DNA from: Bacteroidales bacterium
GTDB lineage: Bacteria; Bacteroidota; Bacteroidia; Bacteroidales; UBA3663
Assembly (NCBI GenBank): GCA_045576355.1
Contig: JAZNGG010000038.1
Span: forward strand, 35,232-99,231
Length of the DNA: 64,000 nt
Direction: 5' to 3'
The notes under the pieces were generated by a model. The model worked only from the letters and a program-made list of their open reading frames with translations. It had not been told where the DNA came from and searched no databases. Of this stretch, positions 47,416-54,800 are shown piece by piece; position 1 is the first letter of the stretch; the number at the start of each line of letters is the position of its first letter. Made by a program: the position numbers and the translations under genes.

Positions 47416-48216
47416 TTATTCTTTTCTCAGCTCCCAAAATGCGATGGCAGAAGCTGCAGCTACGTTTAGGGAGTCAACGCAGTGATGCATCGGTATGGTT
47501 ATGACATAATCGGCATCGGTTATAACGCTATCCGGCAGTCCGTCACCTTCGGTACCCATGATTATGGAGAGTTTTTCCTCGTTTTTGAGGAGCGGTGAAT
47601 GGATCGGTGTGGTGTTATGAGTCAGTGCCATGGCAGCCGTTTTAAACCCAGCCGATTTAAGATCCCGGATGGGATCGTCGATCCATGTCCAGGGAATCAG
47701 AAATACAGATCCCATCGAGACGCGTATGGCTCTCCGATTGAGAGGGTCACAGCTACGGCGTGTGAGGAGTACGGCATCGATGCCTAAGGCTGCTGCCGAG
47801 CGGAAAATGGCGCCAACATTGGTCGCATCTACCACACCCTCTAATACGACCACCCGATGGGCGTCATGAAGAATCGCATCGAGCGGTTTGGGCTCCGGTC
47901 TGCGCATTGCACAGAGTACTCCGCGTGTCAGGGTGTAGCCGGTGAGTGAGGATAGGATTTCTCTGTCACCCGTGTAAATCGGGATGTCTCCACATCTGCT
48001 TATGATGTCTGCTGCATCTCCTGTGATGTGTTTTTCCTCACACAGCAGAGCCAGTGGTGTATAGCCTTGCTCTAATGCCACAAGGATTACTTTGGGACTT
48101 TCGGCGATGAATATCGATTTGCTCCGGTCTATTTTGCTGCGTATCTGAGCCTCAGTAAGGGTGCTGAATATTTCTACACCCGGATGTGACAGGGTTGAAA
48201 TTTTAATTATGGGCAT
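47416..48216 (-). CDS. TrmH/SpoU-family RNA 2'-O-methyltransferase
   Basis: SpoU motifs VVLEGVVDATNVGAIFRSAAALG, IIMGTEGDGL and IPM...SLNVAAASAIAFWE. GC-rich like the adjacent B12 genes. Confidence 0.85.
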   Translation of the reverse strand: MPIIKISTLSHPGVEIFSTLTEAQIRSKIDRSKSIFIAESPKVILVALEQGYTPLALLCEEKHITGDAADIISRCGDIPIYTGDREILSSLTGYTLTRGVLCAMRRPEPKPLDAILHDAHRVVVLEGVVDATNVGAIFRSAAALGIDAVLLTRRSCDPLNRRAIRVSMGSVFLIPWTWIDDPIRDLKSAGFKTAAMALTHNTTPIHSPLLKNEEKLSIIMGTEGDGLPDSVITDADYVITIPMHHCVDSLNVAAASAIAFWELRKE

Positions 48217-48278
48217 GTCTGTATATTTTTGGGCTTTAGTAATGGTCGCTTTATAAGATGATGAGATAATTTTTTCGA

Positions 48279-49319
48279 TTATTTCTTTCTCAATATGACA
48301 TAGATAACTATCGGTATGCCGATGATGGGAGTTAGGGCATTGATGGGGAGAAGTCTGCCGTCTGAGGGGAGGGTGCTCATAAAGAGACAGAGGAGTGCGA
48401 TGGTAGCCCCAGATAATGCGGTGAGTGGAAGGAGATGACGGTGGTCATCGGTGCGGCTGAAGAGGCGTGCTATGTGGGGTGTGGCGAGCCCAATGAAGGA
48501 GATGGGTCCGCAATGGGCTGTGGTGATGGCGGTCAGTGTGCCGGTGATAACTAAAATCAGCGTTTTCGTGCGGGTGAGTCGGATCCCTAAGTTTTTAGAG
48601 TACTCTTCGCCTAACATCCAGGCATTAAGCGGCTTGATCAGCCACAGGGTGGCGATGATGCCTCCGCAGATCAGCACCGAGTAGGTGGGTATCTGCTGCA
48701 GGATGACGCTCGAAAAGTCCCCCATGCCCCACAGGAGCAGCGAGTGGGCACTTTCGCTCTCGGCATAATAGTGGAGTATGGTTATTACGGCATCGGCCAT
48801 GTAGCTTATGAGCAGTCCGATGACGAGTAGGGTGATGGGGTGGGTCTTGTAGCTCAAAGCAACGAGCAGGGAGAGTACCAGCCCTGCTCCTAAGACTGCG
48901 GCGAGTGTGGGAGAGAGGGTAGTGATCGTCTCGGTGATCAGAGAGGGTATGAGGTCGGCCTTGAGGGAGATCGGGAATAAGGTGGTCAATGCTACGGCAA
49001 GATGGGCCCCGGAGGTGATGCCTAAGGTCGATGGTCCAGCGAGGGGATTGCGAAAAAAACTTTGCAGCAGCAGTCCGCAGATGCTGATGGCTGCTCCTGT
49101 CAGTGTGGCTGTTATGGCACCGGGGAGGCGTGCGTGGAGGATGATGTATCGCCAGGTCTCCCATTGGGCATGTGGCTCATGAGGATCGTGCGAGAGGGGG
49201 TTAAGGATGTCACAGACCGCCTCCGGGGGGATGCTGACAGAGCCATGCAGGAGGTTGGCTCCCAGCAGGGCGAACAGGGCAAGTGTCAGTGCAGGATAGA
49301 GGGTAAGAAGATGTCTCAT
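48279..49319 (-). CDS. btuC: FecCD-family ABC permease (BtuC-like)
   Basis: Start moved to ATG 49319 (MRHLLTLYPALTLALFALLG). About 9-10 TM helices with the FecCD pattern (...RNPLAGPSTLGITSGA...). The gene symbol is inferred from operon context. Confidence 0.85.
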   Translation of the reverse strand: MRHLLTLYPALTLALFALLGANLLHGSVSIPPEAVCDILNPLSHDPHEPHAQWETWRYIILHARLPGAITATLTGAAISICGLLLQSFFRNPLAGPSTLGITSGAHLAVALTTLFPISLKADLIPSLITETITTLSPTLAAVLGAGLVLSLLVALSYKTHPITLLVIGLLISYMADAVITILHYYAESESAHSLLLWGMGDFSSVILQQIPTYSVLICGGIIATLWLIKPLNAWMLGEEYSKNLGIRLTRTKTLILVITGTLTAITTAHCGPISFIGLATPHIARLFSRTDDHRHLLPLTALSGATIALLCLFMSTLPSDGRLLPINALTPIIGIPIVIYVILRKK

Positions 49320-49320
49320 G

Positions 49321-49363
49321 TTGAGGGGGTGAAGGGTTGAGGGGTTTAAGGGGCTTCGCCGTG
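49321..49363. repeat. G-rich short repeat (GTTGAGGGGTTTAAGGGGCTTCGCC), related to 8808-8908
   Basis: ttgagggggtgaagggttgaggggtttaaggggcttcgccgtg shares GTTGAGG(A/G)GTTTA and GGGCTTCGC words with the 8.8 kb cluster. Lies in the btuF-btuC intercistronic gap. Confidence 0.55.
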
Positions 49364-49404
49364 CTATGGCTGATGGCACCTCTGTACTCTGTTATCTGTT
49401 CTAT

Positions 49405-50637
49405 TTACTTTTCCACTTTCCCGAGGTGCAGAAAGTAGCGTGTCGGGTGACTTTTCTCAGCGGGTAAATTATAATTTCGTATTATGGCATTAATCTCTTG
49501 CAACAGGAGATCCGGTCTGAAGGGTGTCTCTTCGTGATAGGTGGAGAAGGCGGTGTTGCAGACGAATATGTTGCCCTTCTTCGCAGCAGTAAAGCCGGGG
49601 TAAAAATGATTTTGGGCAAGAAATCGGCTCAGTGTCAATCGGGCTGCAGGGTCGTAGGTCTTGATGAGCCAAAGTTCGCAGTCGAAAGCACGGTCAAAGA
49701 CTGCCTCAGGTGACAAAGCGATGGAGCCGGTGTGATCATCAGTGCTCCAGTAGTAGTCGGCACCGGCATCCGTATAGATCTGACTCATATAGCTCTTGCC
49801 TCCCGGGACAAACCACGTGCCGCTATAGATGGATTCGCAGAGCAGGGTCGGCCTGTGACGCAGCGTGTCTGCCATGTGTCGATAGTGAAGGTAGCGGTTT
49901 TCGACGACGGCAAAAAGAGAGTCAGCAGCGGTCTGCCGCCCGATGAGCCTGCCATAAAACTTCATCCACTCTGCCCTCCCGAGGGGTGTCTGCTCCATGT
50001 AGTCGGCGCACTGTATGATGTGCATCTTTTTCTCCTCCGCCAGGTTGAGAAGGGTGTTTTGAAGGGAGGAGATCCAGATGGCATCGATGGAGTGGGAGTA
50101 GAGGAGTTCGGTATTGGGCGACATGCTGTTACCTCCCTCTACGATTTTCCCCTGTTTGTGCCACTCTCTTATGGTCGGGGAAAGGGTGTAATGGGCATCA
50201 CAGAGGATGGTCAGGCGGTCGAGGCCTCCGAGCAACTCAAGGAGATAGGCATGGCAGGAGGTGGTCAGTGCGTTATGTTTTATGGGTGTGCGCACGATCT
50301 CGATCTCCTGCTGATGGTCGTCAACGATATTTTTTATCTGCGTGGGGATGCAGGTCATCGTGTCGGGGAGGAGCAGATAGGCAGCGAGGGTGGAGGCTGT
50401 GTCCCAGGGATGGCTTATGTGGCAGAAGGTGATGCCGTCACACTCCTTCAGATGGAGAAGTCGGGCATGGCGGGTGAGGTCTGTGAATCCATCGGGCAGA
50501 GCATGGACGAAGTGTTGACGCTCAGAGGTACAGGAAGGGGCAATAAACGCAATCGTCAGAGTGCAGATCAGTCCGGCTAACCGCCTGGCCAAAGAGTGAT
50601 AGGAGGGACGGGGTGACATGCGGAGTATCGGTGTCAT
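49405..50637 (-). CDS. btuF: ABC transporter periplasmic substrate-binding lipoprotein (BtuF-like, class 8 PBP)
   Basis: Lipobox IAPSC, size and pattern of Fe-siderophore/B12 binding proteins. ATGA start/stop overlap with the upstream gene. The symbol is inferred from context. Confidence 0.8.
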   Translation of the reverse strand: MTPILRMSPRPSYHSLARRLAGLICTLTIAFIAPSCTSERQHFVHALPDGFTDLTRHARLLHLKECDGITFCHISHPWDTASTLAAYLLLPDTMTCIPTQIKNIVDDHQQEIEIVRTPIKHNALTTSCHAYLLELLGGLDRLTILCDAHYTLSPTIREWHKQGKIVEGGNSMSPNTELLYSHSIDAIWISSLQNTLLNLAEEKKMHIIQCADYMEQTPLGRAEWMKFYGRLIGRQTAADSLFAVVENRYLHYRHMADTLRHRPTLLCESIYSGTWFVPGGKSYMSQIYTDAGADYYWSTDDHTGSIALSPEAVFDRAFDCELWLIKTYDPAARLTLSRFLAQNHFYPGFTAAKKGNIFVCNTAFSTYHEETPFRPDLLLQEINAIIRNYNLPAEKSHPTRYFLHLGKVEK

Positions 50638-51800
50638 TCGCTTCGAAATGTTGCTGTGCTGGTGTTTATACCCCCTGTGTCCTCATGAAGGCTGATGAGA
50701 TGACCCTCATCGGAAATAACATAGAGTCGAGACGACACGGGACTGCCGTTATTGTCCTGCTCGGTGGTCGCAATGTAAAAGTCTCCGTTTCCCGGACCTC
50801 GCGCCAACATATAGATCCCTCGCGTGGCCAGTTGCTGCTCGATGTCACGGTTAAGGAAGAAGCCACCCTCTGTGAGTTTCTCGGTGTTCAGGTCGTAGGA
50901 GATGAAAGTGTTTGTATAACTGTAAGGTGTGGTGTAATAATTGATATCGCTTTGGATCATCAGTAATTTGTCGGGTGTGGCGAGCATTTTATTGGCCGAA
51001 GCGATCTCTTTGAGTTCCCAGTTGCTGCAGTCCAGCCGGGTAATTTTGCTGATCGGTGTCCAGTCTATGTCGTAGGTCGTGGTGAGGAAGAAGACCCTAT
51101 GATCATCGGTGGAGACGATGCGCGTGGGGTTATAATCGGTTTGCACTTTTTTCAGTTCGGTAAAACTATTTAGGTCGATGATGCTCAGTGTGTTGTCGTT
51201 GCCCCATCCGGAGTTGCAGACGACAAGATAATTATCGACGATGGCCATCTCCTCCGGATAGCTCCCTACGGGGCAGGTGTCTATCAACGCGAGAGAATCG
51301 GAGATGTCAAATCTCGCTACCATCCCTCCATAAAGAGAGACATAAAGGTGGTCGTTTTGGACAGCAAGATAGCGAGGGTCTCCGAGTGTGTCGTCGAAGG
51401 TGTGTCGATGGAGCTCTTTACCATCGGGACTAAGTTGAGCTACATAGCGTGAGCCGGCAACTGCTACGTAGAGATGATTTTTGTGCCACAGGAGGTCGTT
51501 GCCGGTGTCGCCCAGCCACCGACCGTTGGCATTGAGGTAGAGATCTGTCATGAGGTTGCCGCGGTCATCGATGGCAGAGATGGCGCTGTTGTTGCCGCCC
51601 CACAGTCCTTCGCTGAGCAAATAAAGGTGAATGGGCGTATCGGTGGTGCCTGTCACATCATCTACATGGTCATCGTGACAAGCGGTGAGGGTGGAGAGGA
51701 GCACGATGGATGAGAGTGTGCATAAGATGCCTCTGTGATCACCGGATGGTGAGGTACGAGAAAGTGGGAAAAAGAAGGTTTTAAGTCTCTTAAAACTCAT
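50634..51800 (-). CDS. beta-propeller surface lipoprotein (YncE-like; BtuG-like by position)
   Basis: Start taken at ATG 51800, which overlaps the receptor 3' end by 11 nt. Lipobox LSTLTAC followed by HDDHVDD (acidic surface-export-like signal). Repeated strand motifs (LYVA, LYVS, YLVVCNS, FFLTT, FYIAT) suggest a propeller. Confidence 0.65.
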   Translation of the reverse strand: MSFKRLKTFFFPLSRTSPSGDHRGILCTLSSIVLLSTLTACHDDHVDDVTGTTDTPIHLYLLSEGLWGGNNSAISAIDDRGNLMTDLYLNANGRWLGDTGNDLLWHKNHLYVAVAGSRYVAQLSPDGKELHRHTFDDTLGDPRYLAVQNDHLYVSLYGGMVARFDISDSLALIDTCPVGSYPEEMAIVDNYLVVCNSGWGNDNTLSIIDLNSFTELKKVQTDYNPTRIVSTDDHRVFFLTTTYDIDWTPISKITRLDCSNWELKEIASANKMLATPDKLLMIQSDINYYTTPYSYTNTFISYDLNTEKLTEGGFFLNRDIEQQLATRGIYMLARGPGNGDFYIATTEQDNNGSPVSSRLYVISDEGHLISLHEDTGGINTSTATFRSE

Positions 51801-53964
51801 AAGAAACTGAAGCATGAAGTTGCCGTCCCGGCAAGGGGTAATACTGAATGATTTCATATTGCTGATCGTTTAAGTTGGTTATCGTACAGATGATATTAAG
51901 TTTTTTATGGTTAGTTTTTGTCTCTATGGGTATGGTGACCGAAGCAGAGTGCTCGCAATATGGGTTGAGTCTGTATCTGCTGGATCGTATGGATGAAGAG
52001 TATCTTTCGCTGCACCATTGACATGCATAGCCGATCTTGCACCAGGGGGAGGAGAGCAGGGCAGTGGCGTTGCCGCTATGCCGGGGCAGATAGGGCAGGT
52101 GGCTCTTCTCACCGGTGTCGGGAGTCATGCTTGAGGCTTGCTGCAGGCTATAGTTGAGTCTGTTATACCAATTCCATTTTTCAGTGATTTTTATATGATA
52201 GTCGATGAAAATCTCGCAACCATTAATGATAGCTTGCCCATAATTGGACATTCTCCACGCAAAGGTAGTCGGGAAAGCGACGATTTTGTCTTTTATCCGA
52301 TGATGATAAACATCAGCAGTGATATGAACAGATCCGAGTGCAGCGGTGACCCCAAGGTTATACTCATCGGCCTTTTCGGGACGAAGCATCTGATTGCCCA
52401 TTTGTCTGTAATACAGATCGTTGAAATTTGGCGCTCTGAATGCCTGTTTGGCATGTGCCCTTATGCGTATGGGTATTTTTTCGGAGGGCTTGTAAGTGAT
52501 GAAAGCGCCTGCAGTAATTTCGTTTTGATCTTTTGCTAAGGGTCGTATGATGTCTGTCGTGGTGTTTTCGCTCGGAGTCGTGCGCAGGGGGCGACGATGC
52601 TGTCGGTGTTCCCGGATGGAGGTGTAGTGCAAGTTGATCTGCGTGATGAGCCGATTTTGGCAAGCTTTGTATTGTGATCGTAAAGCAGTGCCGGTAGTGT
52701 GTCTCAAGGGGTAGGGGCACCCTTGGACATCGCTTCTTAACGTGGCTATTTGCTCATCGTGAACAAGTGCCACTGCCCAATGCGGGGTGAGTGGATATCT
52801 GACGGAAGCAGTCAGATAATACTCATCTTGCCTATAGTTATATCTTTTAGCGCGAGGCGGATGGCCTGCAGAGAAATCAATGTTACGCTCTTGATAGCGA
52901 CTCCACGAATGACTGTACTTGAGGGCGCAATGCCAGGTCCAGTGATCTGTTTTCCCCCCATTCAGGCGGCATTGTGCAAAAACCATTTCATCCCAAAGGT
53001 GTTCGTGGGTGGTAGGGTTATAGAGCACAATGCTTCCCGGCAATCCTCGATCGGAATAGTAGTAGCTTATCTGAGTCGCACTACTGAGCCAGTATTGGTC
53101 GGAATAGTAATGTTTCGGTGTGGTCCAATGCCCCAATGCACTGACTTGGTCTATGGCACCGCCGACTCGGGTTTGTCGGGTTTGCGTTGTCCCGTTGGTC
53201 AGGGTAAATGGGTAATCTCCATCAGAATGACGATAATCTATGTAAGTACCTATCTGCTGACCGCCTTCGGTTTGATGCCTTGTGGAAATGCTGGTTCCGA
53301 TGGTGTTCCAGGAGGCATATTCGCCACGAAGTGTAATGGAGGGAAATGCCTTATGATTTCTCTTTAAATCGGGGTGTAAAGCGGTGGTCTCATCCGATGG
53401 GAGCGAAGTCAGATGGATTGTGCCACTGGCGCTTTCTGTCATGGCCGGGGCATCGAGGGCTCCCGGGTGTCCTATGTCTGTTTTTATCTGTTTAATAGCT
53501 GCATTGGGCAGTTTGGAGAGATCGACCTGCCCGGCTTGAGTATTGGTTATCGGGATTCCGTCAAGGGTGATGGCACTATGTCCGGCACCCATGTTTCTTA
53601 CAGACACCGTTTTCATCCCTCCGATCCCACCATAGTCACGGATCCCGATACCGCCAAGGAGTTTCATGGCTTGCCAGGCCTGGGTGATGCCAAGGGTCTC
53701 CCATTGCTGTGCAGATATGCTTTGTGAGGGTTGGGCAGAGGTGAGGGTGGAGCCGGAGATGTTACGATCCTGATGTATGATGACTTCGTGAAGCTCCTTT
53801 AGAGTATCGGGCTGTTGATGGGCTGTCGGGTTAGATTCTTCTTCTAAAAGAAGATTTTCGCGAGCCGCAATTGGGTTCGTGTAATATAGTGATATATGAA
53901 AAATACAAAGAAGGGTCCATCGGATACTTCTTTGACGAGACTGCGCTAAGTAAAAAATCTTCAT
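51790..53964 (-). CDS. btuB: TonB-dependent receptor (BtuB-like)
   Basis: Plug-domain motifs (VSVRNMGAGHSAITLDGIPI), a long beta-barrel and a terminal ...SVSYEF aromatic residue. Lies directly downstream of a cobalamin riboswitch. Confidence 0.85.
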   Translation of the reverse strand: MKIFYLAQSRQRSIRWTLLCIFHISLYYTNPIAARENLLLEEESNPTAHQQPDTLKELHEVIIHQDRNISGSTLTSAQPSQSISAQQWETLGITQAWQAMKLLGGIGIRDYGGIGGMKTVSVRNMGAGHSAITLDGIPITNTQAGQVDLSKLPNAAIKQIKTDIGHPGALDAPAMTESASGTIHLTSLPSDETTALHPDLKRNHKAFPSITLRGEYASWNTIGTSISTRHQTEGGQQIGTYIDYRHSDGDYPFTLTNGTTQTRQTRVGGAIDQVSALGHWTTPKHYYSDQYWLSSATQISYYYSDRGLPGSIVLYNPTTHEHLWDEMVFAQCRLNGGKTDHWTWHCALKYSHSWSRYQERNIDFSAGHPPRAKRYNYRQDEYYLTASVRYPLTPHWAVALVHDEQIATLRSDVQGCPYPLRHTTGTALRSQYKACQNRLITQINLHYTSIREHRQHRRPLRTTPSENTTTDIIRPLAKDQNEITAGAFITYKPSEKIPIRIRAHAKQAFRAPNFNDLYYRQMGNQMLRPEKADEYNLGVTAALGSVHITADVYHHRIKDKIVAFPTTFAWRMSNYGQAIINGCEIFIDYHIKITEKWNWYNRLNYSLQQASSMTPDTGEKSHLPYLPRHSGNATALLSSPWCKIGYACQWCSERYSSSIRSSRYRLNPYCEHSASVTIPIETKTNHKKLNIICTITNLNDQQYEIIQYYPLPGRQLHASVSYEF

Positions 53965-54019
53965 CAGGGTCTTGTCAACTATTTATAATGCGTTTGGCTC
54001 CTCTCGCTCGGAAGAGTTC

Positions 54020-54200
54020 TTTCCCAAACCTCTCTTAGCAGGTCTTCTGGCTTATGTCTGATCCATCATCTCTCAAACCTTCCCAATCGTTGACTTGAAT
54101 AGTGGTCTCCATTTTTATGGATTGGAGAGATGACATCGACACTCACAGCAGCGGGACTGCGCCGGAATTCCACCGGACTTCCCTTTTAATCTTTCTCTCT
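54020..54200 (-). promoter_or_regulatory. cobalamin (B12) riboswitch
   Basis: Minus strand reads AAAAGGGAAGTCCGGTGGAATTCCGGCGCAGTCCCGCTGCTGTGAG ... GACCACTA...TTGGGAAGGT ... AGCCAGAAGACCTGC. This matches the conserved core, the GCCACTG/GGGAAGG elements and the B12 box. Confidence 0.85.
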
Positions 54201-54272
54201 TTGCTTCAGACCATCACAAGATGAGCCTTAAGAAAAATAAAAGAACTAAGAAATGATGTCAATTCATCGGTG

Positions 54273-54280
54273 CAAATATA
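54273..54280 (-). promoter_or_regulatory. candidate -7 box (TATATTTG on minus strand) for the riboswitch transcript
   Basis: Plus-strand caaatata at 54273-54280, about 70 nt upstream of the riboswitch core. Confidence 0.4.
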
Positions 54281-54416
54281 ATGATTTTTTTAAAACCCCA
54301 ATCGGTCATTGAACAGCCAAGTTATTTTTCAAAAACTCTTTTAGCTGTTTGCCTAAAATTTTGGGCATTTTCTTATGCTTTTTCATTCACTTGGTTCGCC
54401 ATATTTATTAAAAAGT

Positions 54417-54559
54417 ATTGCTGTCCGGTAAAAAATTGTCGTGAATAAAGAATTATGGCTGACACTTCTCACGAGGTATCAGCCCTTTTGGTTATCTTTG
54501 TTTGGGACAAACATAAATATAACCATGGGCAAAGATAGTCATTTTACCGGACAACAATA
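54417..54559. repeat. 17-nt inverted repeat pair (16/17) enclosing about 110 nt
   Basis: attgctgtccggtaaaa (54417-54433) versus ttttaccggacaacaat (54543-54559). The interior has hairpin ggctgaca...tatcagcc and a short ATG-led frame, MGKDSHFTGQQ*. Confidence 0.5.
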
Positions 54560-54800
54560 ATTAAAAAGCCATAAGAATTCTATCCGATGATATTGTGGCA
54601 AATATAAAACACTCTCATATCCGATCGGTGAATCTGATAGGCGAATAGTTGTTATTTATCAAACAAAGTGTGTTCGATGCAAAGCGGAGGTTTTGGCAAT
54701 ATATAATTATAGTATCGGGGGCATTGCCAGGCAGGGGGAATGCTGTAACTCTATCTTCAGATTTTGTCTTATTTGTTTCTTTCGGAGTAGGGCAAGATCG

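Noticed and set aside
48451-53727. Many long ORFs overlapping the B12 island genes (for example 49732-50580 +, 48625-49164 -, 52750-53367 +, 52364-52720 -, 51188-51713 +)
   Set aside because: Their products are Arg/His/Pro/Gly-rich low-complexity sequence and overlap strongly supported genes. High GC depletes stop codons in the off-frames.
54527-54562. MGKDSHFTGQQ* as an intact transposase gene
   Set aside because: Only 11 codons come before a stop, and no continuation exists in any frame. At most it is a remnant. It is kept only as weak supporting evidence in the right-edge scar finding.
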